From assembly GCA_040754395.1 (NCBI GenBank), contig JBFMCL010000001.1, positions 39,634-103,633 of the forward strand: a DNA stretch of 64,000 nt. The letters run 5' to 3'. Below are positions 1 through 9,575 of the stretch, one piece after another; within the stretch, counting starts at the first letter, position 1; the number at the start of each line of letters is the position of its first letter. Under the pieces are notes generated by a model, which had not been told where the DNA came from, did not search any database, and saw nothing but the letters and a program-made list of their open reading frames with translations. A program made the position numbers and the translations under genes. The DNA comes from Nitrospirota bacterium (GTDB lineage: Bacteria; Nitrospirota; Thermodesulfovibrionia; Thermodesulfovibrionales; SM23-35).

Positions 1-427
1 CAGTTGTGGAAATCCCTTCGACATAGGGAAGGCTTTGTGTTTCCCCGACAAGATCGGACCCGACAATATCCTCTTTTTTCCAGTCTCCTCCCTTCACAAG
101 AACATCGGGAAGGAGAAATTTGATTAATTCATAGGGGGTATCTTCGTCAAACACCGTCACGTAATCCACCATTTCAAGAGATGCAAGCACCTCTGCCCTA
201 TGGGCCTCAGGGTTGATCGGACGTGCAGGTTTCAGCGAAGAAACTGACCTGTCGGAGTTCAGACCCACCACAAGGACATCTCCCAATGCCCTGGCCTCCC
301 GGAGATACTGCACATGACCTAAATGGATAATATCAAAACACCCGTTGGTGAAGACAATCTTCTTCCCCTCTGCCTTGAGCAGGTCAGCGGTCTTTTTCAG
401 TTCATCTTTCGACAGAATTTTGTTCAT
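1..427 (-). CDS. rfaE2: D-glycero-beta-D-manno-heptose-1-phosphate adenylyltransferase (RfaE domain II / HldC-type cytidylyltransferase); C-terminus cut by window edge
   Basis: Not in the ORF track because it runs off the edge. My minus-strand translation from the ATG at 427..425 gives [62 protein letters not shown]... The FTNGCFD-x2-HxGH nucleotidyltransferase motif and overall sequence are RfaE-II-like. Confidence 0.8.
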   Translation of the reverse strand, partial: MNKILSKDELKKTADLLKAEGKKIVFTNGCFDIIHLGHVQYLREARALGDVLVVGLNSDRSVSSLKPARPINPEAHRAEVLASLEMVDYVTVFDEDTPYELIKFLLPDVLVKGGDWKKEDIVGSDLVGETQSLPYVEGISTT

Positions 428-507
428 GTCACTGCAATGTGTTCCACGACTTCGCCGGCCGCAGTTCCGTTAGCCTGCTGTATTATTCGCAAATTTCTTC
501 CTCAATA

Positions 508-629
508 CAGATGAGATGCGGTATCAGCGAGGATTACAGAGTATTCGATGCCTTAAAGTGAAGAACACTCTGTGCCTCGGAGGTCTGCAACGCAGACCGA
601 GAATGAGCGATGATACTGCATCTCATCTG
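508..629. other. 122-nt structured element: 19-bp closing stem enclosing two internal hairpins (three-way junction); function unknown
   Basis: CAGATGAGATGCGGTATCA (508-526) pairs with TGATACTGCATCTCATCTG (611-629): 18 Watson-Crick pairs plus one G-T. Inner stems are ACAGAGT (536-542)/ACTCTGT (567-573) and GGTCTGC (582-588)/GCAGACC (592-598). It lies between the rseP stop (658) and the rfaE2 start (427). Confidence 0.5.
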
Positions 630-657
630 CTATTCCACGCTTCATGAATACTCTGGG

Positions 658-1728
658 TTAGGGAAACTGTTTCCCTGTTATCAGCCGTATGAGGTCGTTA
701 TAAATGACAAACGCCATGAGCGTCAACAGGACAGCGAGACCGAGTTTCTGGCTGATGGATATTATTTTTTCGCTGAGAGGTTTTCCTCTCAAGGCTTCAA
801 TACCGAGGAAAAGAAGATGTCCTCCATCGAGAACCGGAATCGGCAGCAGGTTCAGAATACCAAGATTGATATTAATTATCGCCATAAATATGAAAAAATT
901 GAGAACCCCCTGTGAGGCCTGCTCCCCTGCCAGCTGCACAATGAGAATGGGTCCGCCGATGGTATCCATCGGGATGACCCGCTGAATAAGCTTGACAACC
1001 GATACAATAGTCAGTACGGAAATATCCCATGTCCTCGTAATACTGCCATGCAATGCGCTGAGGATGTTCTCCCTCTTTATGAATGTGCTCCCTGACGGCT
1101 TAATCCCGATAAGCCCGACTTCTTTCCCTTCTCCAAAGATATCCTGCACCTTTTTCTTTTCCGGAATAATCGACACCTGCACGGTGGTGCTGTCACGTGT
1201 GAGGGTAAGATTCAGCATTTTCCCCGGGTTCTTGTGGATCACTTCTGTCATTTGGTTCCACTGGCCTATGGCAACACCATCGACTGCGGTAATCCTGTCT
1301 CCTTTCATCAATCCTGCCTTTTCCGCAGGGGTTCCTGACATCACTTCTCCTATCTCGGGCAGGAGAACCGGAAGACCGTTCAGAAAACTGAAGAAAAAGA
1401 TGACGACCGCAAACAGCAGGTTGAACAGAGGACCGGAAAACACGATGATAAACCTCTTCCATGTCGGCTGATAATTATATGCAAGCGGCTTCTCTTCGTC
1501 AGTCAGTTCATCTCCCGGTGTCTCGCCCAGCATCTTGACGTACCCGCCGAGAGGGATGGCTGAAAGAAGATATTCGGTATCTCCGCGTTTCCATCCTATC
1601 AGCTTTGGACCGAAACCGAGCGAAAATTTCAGAACCCTTACCTTCATGAGTTTCGCAAAAAGAAAATGCCCGAGTTCGTGGACAAAGATGATTATGCCCA
1701 GAAGAACTACTGCCGATAGGAATGACAT
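658..1728 (-). CDS. rseP: RIP zinc metalloprotease RseP (site-2 protease, M50 family)
   Basis: 356-aa ORF with an HELGH zinc motif near the N-terminus, a central PDZ-like segment and an NLLPIPVLDGGH motif. The uppS-cdsA-dxr-rseP order is conserved. Confidence 0.92.
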   Translation of the reverse strand: MSFLSAVVLLGIIIFVHELGHFLFAKLMKVRVLKFSLGFGPKLIGWKRGDTEYLLSAIPLGGYVKMLGETPGDELTDEEKPLAYNYQPTWKRFIIVFSGPLFNLLFAVVIFFFSFLNGLPVLLPEIGEVMSGTPAEKAGLMKGDRITAVDGVAIGQWNQMTEVIHKNPGKMLNLTLTRDSTTVQVSIIPEKKKVQDIFGEGKEVGLIGIKPSGSTFIKRENILSALHGSITRTWDISVLTIVSVVKLIQRVIPMDTIGGPILIVQLAGEQASQGVLNFFIFMAIININLGILNLLPIPVLDGGHLLFLGIEALRGKPLSEKIISISQKLGLAVLLTLMAFVIYNDLIRLITGKQFP

Positions 1729-2885
1729 CTTTCAATAACCTCCTCAGCCTTTTTTCGTGCCCATCTGTCCGCATCCAGTATAGTATCAAGTTCTGTATCG
1801 GGCATGACATCATGACAATCCATCGTCTTCCTTATCACAACAGGTATTGCAGTAAATCTGAGTGAACCCCTGAGGAAGGAATGCACTGCGATCTCATTTG
1901 CCGCATTCATTACACACGGCATGGTTCCTCCGTGTTTCAGCGCTTTGAATGCATAGGAGAGGCAGGGAAAGCTTTTGTTCTCAGGCTTCCTGAACGTGAG
2001 GGAAGCAAGATTATCCAGAGAAAGACCTCGCATAACATCACTGAGTCTCTGCGGATACATCATGGCATATGCAATAGGCCCTTTCATGTCAGGCACTGAC
2101 ATCTGTGCGATACAGGCCCTGTCGCTGAATTCCACGATGGAATGCACAATGCTCTCGGGATGCACAAGCACATCGATCATTTCCGGAGGCAGACCGAACA
2201 GGTAATGCGCTTCGATCACCTCAAATCCTTTATTCATGAGTGTCGCAGAATCTATCGTGATTTTTCTGCCCATTTTCCACCTCGGATGATTCAATGCCTG
2301 CTCAGGGGTGATGTTTTTCATCGTCTGAGCACTTTTCCCGACAAAAGGCCCCCCGGAAGCAGTCAGAATAATTCTTCTGACGTCAGCCTTCCTGTGTCCC
2401 TCAATGCACTGAAAGATTGCACTGTGTTCACTGTCAACAGGAAGAATCCTTGAGCCGCACCTTCTGGCCTCCTGCATCATGATTCTGCCTGCCATCACCA
2501 GTGCTTCTTTGTTTGCAAGTCCGACAGTCCTGCCGGAACGTATGGCGGCCAGTGTCGGCATCAGCCCTGCAGACCCCACAATTGCAGAAAGCACAAAGTC
2601 CGAATGTCTGTAGGAAGCAGCCTTAGCAATACCGTCCTGTCCCGACAGGATTCTGGGCGATAGGGATCTCTTTCCCGCTGCCCTCTTTTCAAGTGCACGT
2701 GCAGCTCCGGCATCAGCGACCGCCACAATATCAGGGGAAAAAGATCTTATCTGCCTCTCAAGCAGAGTGATATTCTTCCCTGCCGTTAAAACAGCTATCC
2801 TGAACTTGTCCCTGTTTCTTGCAACGATATCAAGGGCGTTTCTGCCTATCGAACCTGTCGAGCCAAGAATTGTCAATCGTTTCAT
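1707..2885 (-). CDS. dxr: 1-deoxy-D-xylulose 5-phosphate reductoisomerase
   Basis: 392 aa with ILGSTGSIG, LANKE, DSEHSAIFQC and NHPRWKMG motifs. Overlaps rseP by 22 nt. Confidence 0.95.
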   Translation of the reverse strand: MKRLTILGSTGSIGRNALDIVARNRDKFRIAVLTAGKNITLLERQIRSFSPDIVAVADAGAARALEKRAAGKRSLSPRILSGQDGIAKAASYRHSDFVLSAIVGSAGLMPTLAAIRSGRTVGLANKEALVMAGRIMMQEARRCGSRILPVDSEHSAIFQCIEGHRKADVRRIILTASGGPFVGKSAQTMKNITPEQALNHPRWKMGRKITIDSATLMNKGFEVIEAHYLFGLPPEMIDVLVHPESIVHSIVEFSDRACIAQMSVPDMKGPIAYAMMYPQRLSDVMRGLSLDNLASLTFRKPENKSFPCLSYAFKALKHGGTMPCVMNAANEIAVHSFLRGSLRFTAIPVVIRKTMDCHDVMPDTELDTILDADRWARKKAEEVIERCHSYRQ

Positions 2886-2888
2886 AGA

Positions 2889-3677
2889 TTACCTGATCAC
2901 CGCGGTGATCTTCAGTGCCCAGTAAAGCGCAGGTCCGACAAACAGGGCACCGTCAATCTTGTCGAGAATGCCTCCGTGACCCGGGATCAGTGAGCCTGAG
3001 TCCTTCACCCCTGCATCCCGCTTAAACATTGATTCGATGAGATCTCCGACAATCGAGAGACCGCCGATCATTATGCCAATTGATACTGCGAGGGTCATAT
3101 CGATGTCCAGCAGGAGGGCTTCCAGCAGAAGGGCTCCTGCAGCTCCTCCTGCGACAGACCCGACTGCCCCTGCGACTGTTTTATTCGGGCTGACTTCCCG
3201 GTAAAGCTTTCTTTTTCCGAACCCTTTTCCAAGATAGTATGCCATTGAGTCGGAAGCCCATACCGTTGCATACAGGAAAATAATCCATTCAGGACCCGTT
3301 TTTCTTATCATAACCTGAAACGACAGCAGTGCAGAAATATAGAGAAGCCCGATAACCGGCACCGAAATATCAGAAAGTGATGAAACAGGATCTTTTTTGA
3401 AAAGAAGCCGGATTATCATTACCGCCATTATCGAGAACAATATTGCATCCGTGAGAAGTTCCTGGAGAAAATACGAAACTGCAATGATAGCGAATCCGAA
3501 AAAAAGACAGGTGTGCCGTAATATGCCGGACAAGCGGTACATCGAATAAAATTCAGAAAGGGCTATCAGAGATACTGTCATGAGCAGCAGCAGAAAAAAC
3601 CCCGGTGGGAGGTACATGATATAGAGATACATTGCAGGGAGAAAAATAGCAGCAACAATAAGCCTTTTAAGGTGCAT
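2889..3677 (-). CDS. cdsA: Phosphatidate cytidylyltransferase
   Basis: 262 aa, multi-TM. SDSMAYYLGKGFGKRKL and SPNKTVAG are signatures of the CTP-transferase 1 family. Confidence 0.9.
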   Translation of the reverse strand: MHLKRLIVAAIFLPAMYLYIMYLPPGFFLLLLMTVSLIALSEFYSMYRLSGILRHTCLFFGFAIIAVSYFLQELLTDAILFSIMAVMIIRLLFKKDPVSSLSDISVPVIGLLYISALLSFQVMIRKTGPEWIIFLYATVWASDSMAYYLGKGFGKRKLYREVSPNKTVAGAVGSVAGGAAGALLLEALLLDIDMTLAVSIGIMIGGLSIVGDLIESMFKRDAGVKDSGSLIPGHGGILDKIDGALFVGPALYWALKITAVIR

Positions 3678-4386
3678 CTGCCCTCACTGGAATGGAACCA
3701 AACCTCCGCTCCCTGCGCTGATAAGCCTGTATAGCGAGTAAAAACTCATCCTTTGAGAAATCAGGCCAGAGTGTATCGGTGAAATAGAACTCCGAGTATG
3801 CAGCCTGCCAGAGCAGGAAATTGCTGATACGCATTTCACCGCTTGTTCTGATAATAAGATCCGGTGCCGGGATGCCCGCGGTATCAAGGTATGCACTGAA
3901 CACCTCCTCTGTCAGCTCTTCAGGATTCATCCCTGCAGCAAGCAGTTTCCTCGCTGCCCGGAGAATCTCGCTCCTTCCGCTGTAACTCAGGGCGGTAATA
4001 AGTGTCATCCCCTTATTCGATGACGTTTTTTGTTCTGCGTCATGTATGATGCGCTGGATGTTTTCCGGAAGCCTTTCAGTTTCACCTATCGTCCTGAATA
4101 CTATGTTGTTTTTTATCAATCCGTCGAGTTCCTTCTGCAGATAGACTTCAAGCAGTTTCATCAATGTCTTGACTTCCGAGGAAGGCCTTTTCCAGTTCTC
4201 AGTCGAAAAGGCATACAGAGTCAATGCCCTAAGCCCGAGTTCATTGGCAAATTCTATAACTTCCTTTGACCTTTCAACTCCACGCCGATGGCCCTCTATG
4301 CGCGGCAGTCCGCGGGATTCAGCCCATCTTCCGTTTCCGTCCATGATGATCCCGACATGCCGGGGTATGCGCCCGCTTAAAAACAT
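3667..4386 (-). CDS. uppS: Undecaprenyl-diphosphate synthase (cis-prenyltransferase)
   Basis: 239 aa with HVGIIMDGNGRWA, YAFSTENWKRP and RTSGEMRISNFLLWQAAYSE motifs. Confidence 0.95.
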   Translation of the reverse strand: MFLSGRIPRHVGIIMDGNGRWAESRGLPRIEGHRRGVERSKEVIEFANELGLRALTLYAFSTENWKRPSSEVKTLMKLLEVYLQKELDGLIKNNIVFRTIGETERLPENIQRIIHDAEQKTSSNKGMTLITALSYSGRSEILRAARKLLAAGMNPEELTEEVFSAYLDTAGIPAPDLIIRTSGEMRISNFLLWQAAYSEFYFTDTLWPDFSKDEFLLAIQAYQRRERRFGSIPVRADAP

Positions 4387-4392
4387 CTTGCC

Positions 4393-6084
4393 CTACATTC
4401 CTTTCAGTGAATATATATGAAGTTCTGTCTTTATGGGGTTTTCTCCCTTCAGAATATTGCCGGGTTTGATCCCCAACAGCGGACTTGCAAGGACAATGAT
4501 TTTATCTCCTGAAACCAGATAGTCGAAAACCGTTCCGCCAATATTATCTATGAGGACTTTTTCTTCCATGCTCAAGCCGTTCCACCAGAAACTGACGATC
4601 TGGGACTTTTTGTATCCAAGCCCCTGCACCATACTGAACAACGGTATCCGTTTGACAGAAAGGACTTCCCTGTTTCTCGAGAGCAGTCTGTCCTTCACTG
4701 CCCATTCACCCTTGTCCACGAGACCGGAGGGAGATTTTCTCTTGAATGAGGTCAGAAAGCCTCCTGTACCCGTTTTGCTTCTCCATATCTTTGTCCTGTT
4801 GCCATCGTAGACACTGATAAACCCGTCTTCATCATATGCGACCAGCAATGTATCCGACATTGTATTATCAACATAGCAAAAATCGTAAATATTTACCCCT
4901 CGCGGCAGCTTTTCCGGGCTGCCTTTTTTATATTCCCCGTCCCAGAGAATCTCATAGACATCTCCCGAAAAACCTTCATCCCGTGCATATGCCTGGGCCA
5001 GAAGCCTGTTGTCGACCCTGCGCATAAATACCTCTGCCTGGTAAAGAAGGACAAATTCTGCACCCTTCATTTCATAAATAGAAGAGACTATTTCCTCCCC
5101 CTTCATTGAGGTAATGATGATTTCATCTCGTCCGTTTCTGTTCAAATCAACAGAATCAAGCCAGATAAAATCATCAAAACTTGACCCCTCAATTCTGAGA
5201 CCGCCATGCGCAGGCTGCAGGTCAACACCCAATGTATATATCTTCACAACCTTTTCCGAACCGAAAACAATCTCCTCTGTCCCGTCTCCGTCAGTGTCTG
5301 ACACGATCATCAGTTTTGCATCGGAGGGCAAGTCAATGCTTAACGTTGCCTGTCCCCTGTGTGTGGTGAAAAATTCTTCACCAAACCGTAACTCTTTCAC
5401 ATGGGCGGTATCAACAGAAGTTTTTATCTCGGCAAATTTCAGACCGTCAGAAACCCAGAATAATCTCTGCACGAGAATAGTGCCTGATTCCGTCGCTTCA
5501 GCGGCTAAAAGGAGGGCAACATCTGCCTGCAATCTTTTTGCCTCTTCAATAACAACCACCGGATCTTCTGTTTCAATAGCGGTATCAAGTATGGTAAACC
5601 GGCCTGTTTCCTTGAGCTTCCGGTAGTAGGAATCGGCCAGATACCAGTCGATACCCTTTGCCTGGCAGAAAAGAAGGGGTATCCTGTTCCCCGAAATCCT
5701 TATCTTATCACCCTCCTGTGTCTCGCCCTTGATAACTTCCCCGGAGGAAAAACCCTCGTGCACCTCTCTGATCTCAAGTATGCCGACCAGAGATTCAAGC
5801 CTGCCGAGGGGTTCTTTTGTAACCGGGTGCCTGAACGGAGCTGTTTCTCTCAGAATATGAAACCTCATTCCTGCCTTTACCAATTCTTTTGTCCCAAGGT
5901 CAACCGAGACGTTCCGGCCTTCCACAGCAGTGATCGTTCCGGTCAGAGGATTAAAATACGAGAGGGTTTCATCTCTCATGGTATCAATGGAATTTCCTTC
6001 TGCACATACAGGATATGGCAGATGGCAAAAAACTCCCGCCAGCACTACCAGAAGAAAAAATGATATGCTTTTCAACGGATGCAT
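4393..6084 (-). CDS. Secreted FG-GAP/VCBS-repeat protein of unknown function
   Basis: 563 aa. It has an N-terminal signal-like segment (SISFFLLVVLAGVFC) and two calcium-loop-like FG-GAP motifs (DTDGDGTEEIV, DLNRNGRDEIII). No catalytic motif recognised. Confidence 0.6.
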   Translation of the reverse strand: MHPLKSISFFLLVVLAGVFCHLPYPVCAEGNSIDTMRDETLSYFNPLTGTITAVEGRNVSVDLGTKELVKAGMRFHILRETAPFRHPVTKEPLGRLESLVGILEIREVHEGFSSGEVIKGETQEGDKIRISGNRIPLLFCQAKGIDWYLADSYYRKLKETGRFTILDTAIETEDPVVVIEEAKRLQADVALLLAAEATESGTILVQRLFWVSDGLKFAEIKTSVDTAHVKELRFGEEFFTTHRGQATLSIDLPSDAKLMIVSDTDGDGTEEIVFGSEKVVKIYTLGVDLQPAHGGLRIEGSSFDDFIWLDSVDLNRNGRDEIIITSMKGEEIVSSIYEMKGAEFVLLYQAEVFMRRVDNRLLAQAYARDEGFSGDVYEILWDGEYKKGSPEKLPRGVNIYDFCYVDNTMSDTLLVAYDEDGFISVYDGNRTKIWRSKTGTGGFLTSFKRKSPSGLVDKGEWAVKDRLLSRNREVLSVKRIPLFSMVQGLGYKKSQIVSFWWNGLSMEEKVLIDNIGGTVFDYLVSGDKIIVLASPLLGIKPGNILKGENPIKTELHIYSLKGM

Positions 6085-6243
6085 CGCTTTCTCTGATTTC
6101 TGATTTCTTATTTCCCCGCCCTCCTTATATCATTTCCCTGCATGCGGCTGCCAACACGCAGAAGCAGAAACCCTGTTTTCTGCACCTTCTCCCGCACTGC
6201 TTCGATATGCCAGGGAACCTTAATAATCTCCGCGGTACCATTC

Positions 6244-6654
6244 TCAGGCTTTACCAGCTTCCTTTGCGAGTCGGTCGAGGACACCGTTTAAAAAAGAGGC
6301 TGACTCCAGGGATGAATATTTCTTTGCTATTTCCAGCGCCTCGTTAATGGTAACGGCGGAAGGGATATCCTTTCTGAAAAGTATTTCGAAAGCTGCAAAC
6401 CTCAGTATCGTCCTGTCAACCGAAGCCATCCTTTTCAGCAGCCAGTGCTCTGTAACCTTTTCAATCATCCTGTCGATTTCGCTGATATGCTCCAGAGTCC
6501 CCCTTACCAGATCCTCGGTAAACCCTCTTGTTTCCTTCTGATCTTTCTTGCTCGACCAGAATTCCTCTGTTTCCCTCAAGTCGATTTTCTTCTCGGTAAA
6601 ATCAATCTGAAAAAGCAGCTGCAGCGCGTATTCCCTCGCCTTGCGACGCTTCAT
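6244..6654 (-). CDS. nusB: Transcription antitermination factor NusB
   Basis: 136 aa with an N-terminal REYALQLLFQ. Classical ribH-nusB adjacency. Confidence 0.9.
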   Translation of the reverse strand: MKRRKAREYALQLLFQIDFTEKKIDLRETEEFWSSKKDQKETRGFTEDLVRGTLEHISEIDRMIEKVTEHWLLKRMASVDRTILRFAAFEILFRKDIPSAVTINEALEIAKKYSSLESASFLNGVLDRLAKEAGKA

Positions 6655-6742
6655 GATTGATCGGCAGATACTACACCGGATACAGAGGCTGACAGTCCTG
6701 TCCCCCCCCTGACTTCAGTGTAATATCTGCAGCACGCCGCCA

Positions 6743-7204
6743 TCACAGTTTCTTCAGGAGCTGCGCCATCTCGATGGCAGTCATTGCCGCATCCCACCCT
6801 TTGTTCCCGCTCTTCGTCCCGGCTCTTTCAACAGCCTGTTCTATGGTATCACAGGTGATAATGCCAAACGCTATCGGAATGCCCGTCTCCATCGATGCGG
6901 AAGCAATCCCCTTTGACACCTCTGCAGCAATATATTCGAAATGGGGAGTCGCACCTCGTATGACCGTGCCAAGGCATATGATCGCATTATATGCACCCTT
7001 GAGCGCCATCTTCCTTGCCACCATCGGAATCTCGAAGGAACCGGGGACTTTCACGGTTTCGATATCGTCCTGTTTTGCCCCATGCCTTAACAGCGCATCG
7101 ATAGCCCCGTCAAGAAGTTTCGCAGTTATAAATTCATTGAATCTGCTCAACACAATACCGAACTTCAAACCTTTTGCCTGAAGCTCACCTTCAAATGTTT
7201 TCAT
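6743..7204 (-). CDS. ribH: 6,7-dimethyl-8-ribityllumazine synthase
   Basis: [21 protein letters not shown] and ATPHFEY motifs. I prefer the ATG at 7204 (MKTFEG..., preceded by GAGGGAGG) over the ORF-track start at 7285, whose extra 27 aa are not lumazine-synthase-like. Confidence 0.9.
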   Translation of the reverse strand: MKTFEGELQAKGLKFGIVLSRFNEFITAKLLDGAIDALLRHGAKQDDIETVKVPGSFEIPMVARKMALKGAYNAIICLGTVIRGATPHFEYIAAEVSKGIASASMETGIPIAFGIITCDTIEQAVERAGTKSGNKGWDAAMTAIEMAQLLKKL

Positions 7205-7294
7205 CGGAACCTCCCTCAACACAAAGCTCAGAGATTCAGGAAGCATCGGGCTGCATGCACTCTTCCCGGCCTCCTGACCCTTCAAGCCTTTTAT

Positions 7295-8521
7295 TTATAC
7301 GTTATTCAGCATATGCCCGAGTTTCTTCTTCTTTGTCTTCAGATAGACAATATTCCTGTCAGTGGGGCTCGTTTCAATCGGTACTCTTGATATCACCTTA
7401 AGGCCGTATCCTTCAAGCCCGACAATCTTTTTCGGGTTGTTCGTCATGAGCCTCATCTTCTTAACGCCGATATCAACAAGAATCTGCGCTCCTATTCCGT
7501 AGTCCCTGAGGTCCGGCTTGAACCCGAGCTTTATATTCGCTTCAACAGTATCAAGCCCCTTATCCTGCAGCTCGTATGCTTTCAGCTTATTGATAATACC
7601 GATGCCTCTGCCTTCCTGTTTCATGTACAGAATCACTCCCTTGCCCTCTTTCCTGATCATCTCCATTGCCTTATGGAGCTGCTCTCCGCAATCACACCTT
7701 TCCGAAGCAAACACATCGCCGGTCAGGCATTGTGAGTGAACCCTCACCAGCACCTCATCATCAGGTTTTATCTCACCCTTTACAAGCGCGATATGCACAT
7801 TGCTGTCTATTTCATTGGCATAGGCAACCGCGGTGAAATCCCCCCCGTACAGGGTCGGCAGATTCACTTCTGCGAGTCTTCTGACAAACAGCTCAATCCG
7901 CATTCTGTACTTGATCAGGTCCTTAATCGTGACTATCTTCAGGTTATGCTTTTTGGCAAATTCTGTGAGTTCCGGTACCCTTGCCATTGTTCCGTCATCG
8001 CTCATGATTTCGCAGATCACCCCGGCCGGAGAGAGCCTGGCCAGCCGCGCAAGATCAACAGACCCCTCTGTCTGACCAGCCCTCTGAAGCACTCCCCCGG
8101 GTTTTGATTTGAGAGGAAAGACATGCCCGGGTCGTGCAAGATCTTCGGGCATCGACTTCGGGTCAATCGCTGTCAGTATCGTCCTTGCCCTGTCAGCAGC
8201 CGATATCCCTGTAGTCACACCTCTTTTTGCTTCGATCGAAACTGTAAATGCAGTGCCGAACGGCGAGGTATTTTCATCTGTCATCATCGGGAGGCTGAGT
8301 TCTTCAACGCGCTCGGGAGTCAGAGAAAGGCAGATGAGCCCCCTGCCGAACTTAGACATGAAATTTATTGCTTCCGGCGTTACCTTTTCTGCAGCCATGC
8401 AGAGGTCGCCCTCATTCTCCCTGTCCTCGTCGTCAACAAGGATTACCATCTTCCCCTCGGCTATATCGTCCAGTGCTTCATCGACTGTATTGAACTTGTA
8501 TTTCTCCATAGCTGATTTCAT
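7295..8521 (-). CDS. ribBA: Bifunctional 3,4-dihydroxy-2-butanone-4-phosphate synthase / GTP cyclohydrolase II
   Basis: 408 aa. The DHBP-synthase half has [12 protein letters not shown] and GRGLICL. The GCH-II half has the zinc site [18 protein letters not shown] and MKQEGRGIG. Confidence 0.95.
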   Translation of the reverse strand: MKSAMEKYKFNTVDEALDDIAEGKMVILVDDEDRENEGDLCMAAEKVTPEAINFMSKFGRGLICLSLTPERVEELSLPMMTDENTSPFGTAFTVSIEAKRGVTTGISAADRARTILTAIDPKSMPEDLARPGHVFPLKSKPGGVLQRAGQTEGSVDLARLARLSPAGVICEIMSDDGTMARVPELTEFAKKHNLKIVTIKDLIKYRMRIELFVRRLAEVNLPTLYGGDFTAVAYANEIDSNVHIALVKGEIKPDDEVLVRVHSQCLTGDVFASERCDCGEQLHKAMEMIRKEGKGVILYMKQEGRGIGIINKLKAYELQDKGLDTVEANIKLGFKPDLRDYGIGAQILVDIGVKKMRLMTNNPKKIVGLEGYGLKVISRVPIETSPTDRNIVYLKTKKKKLGHMLNNV

Positions 8522-8581
8522 GGATGGACCCTGCGGGTTATCTGAAAGCAGTGCAAAATCCGCTGCTTCCTGCCTCTGATC

Positions 8582-9226
8582 CTATCCGTGCAAATACCCT
8601 CCTTCTGTTAATGTCTTTAAAAGTCCTGCGTCTTTATTCTTTCTCTCCAAAAAACGGGCAACGTATTTCCCGAGGATATCGGCCTCAAGATTGACCGTAT
8701 CATTGGGACCTTTGAACCCGAGAGTCGTAATCTTTGCGGTGTGAGGGATTATCACCAGTGTAAAGCTGTCCTTCAGTATATCAACAACCGTAAGGCTAAT
8801 ACCATCCACAGCAACCGATCCCTTTTCCACCAGGAAATCGATAACCTGGGCAGGAGCCTCAATCTCAAAATGCAGCATGTTTCCCATGGTCCTCTTTGAC
8901 CTGATCCTGCCCACTGCATCCACATGTCCGGTCACAAAATGACCACCGATCCTTGAATCCGGACTCAGGGATGGCTCAAGATTGACCCGGTCACCGTTTC
9001 TGAGGGTTCCAAGGTTTGTACTCCTCAGGGTTTCCTCCGAAAGATCAAAAGAGAGTTCCCTGCTTCCCTTATTCACCACTGTCAGGCATACCCCGTTGAC
9101 AGAGATGCTGTCCCCAAGCCTTGCCGACTGAAATATATCCCCGGCTTTTAGTGACAGAACCGCACCACCGCTCCGTTTTTTGACTGATACGACTTCACCT
9201 GTCTCAAGCACCAGCCCGGTAAACAT
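8582..9226 (-). CDS. ribE: Riboflavin synthase alpha chain
   Basis: 214 aa with an MFTGLV start and a duplicated lumazine-binding barrel (SVNGVCLTV / AVDGISLTV). Confidence 0.93.
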   Translation of the reverse strand: MFTGLVLETGEVVSVKKRSGGAVLSLKAGDIFQSARLGDSISVNGVCLTVVNKGSRELSFDLSEETLRSTNLGTLRNGDRVNLEPSLSPDSRIGGHFVTGHVDAVGRIRSKRTMGNMLHFEIEAPAQVIDFLVEKGSVAVDGISLTVVDILKDSFTLVIIPHTAKITTLGFKGPNDTVNLEADILGKYVARFLERKNKDAGLLKTLTEGGYLHG

Positions 9227-9227
9227 A

Positions 9228-9575
9228 TCATTCCTCTATATTAAGGGTAAAATCTAATTGTTTCTGATATAAGCCGAACAAGTCAACGGTCTCGGACCAC
9301 GATGTCTTCACGCGGACAGTTCTTTCTGTTTTTATGACAGTAATATCCTGTGCCCCGACAGGGATCCTGAGTTCCTGCGATCGTTCAACAATCTGTGCTT
9401 TTGTTCTTTCAGCATCTCCGACACTTATCCTTGCCAGATCCCTCACATCTGACTTGAAGGCAGAGTACCGGTAATAGGGCATGCCGAACTGAAACCCTGA
9501 ATATACAAGCACTGCAAGAACAAGCATGACAAAGACAAATTTCACAAACCCTTTTTCATTGCTCAGTACCTTCAT
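9228..9575 (-). CDS. Small membrane-anchored hypothetical protein
   Basis: 115 aa with one N-terminal TM (FVFVMLVLAVLVY) and a beta-rich C-terminal part. It overlaps lepB by 4 nt and sits 1 nt from the ribE start, so it is likely co-transcribed. Family not recognised with certainty. Confidence 0.55.
   Translation of the reverse strand: MKVLSNEKGFVKFVFVMLVLAVLVYSGFQFGMPYYRYSAFKSDVRDLARISVGDAERTKAQIVERSQELRIPVGAQDITVIKTERTVRVKTSWSETVDLFGLYQKQLDFTLNIEE

Noticed and set aside
505-635. Possible hammerhead or other small self-cleaving ribozyme in the three-way-junction element.
   Set aside because: Neither strand carries the CUGAUGA...GAAA core at the junction; only GAUGA fragments are present. 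The element is kept as an unclassified structured element.
6198-6212. Sigma54-like TGGCATATCGAAGCA on the minus strand, downstream of nusB.
   Set aside because: The GG-to-GC spacing is one nucleotide short of the -24/-12 consensus, and the -12 element is AGCA rather than TTGC.
7205-7285. 27-codon N-terminal extension of ribH in the ORF track.
   Set aside because: The extension ([27 protein letters not shown]) is not lumazine-synthase-like. The internal ATG at 7204 has a GAGGGAGG SD and gives the canonical protein length.
9200-9260. Expected FMN (RFN) riboswitch upstream of the rib operon.
   Set aside because: ribE starts 1 nt after the preceding ORF, so there is no leader in which an RFN element could reside. 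The rib genes are embedded in a longer lepB-containing transcription unit.
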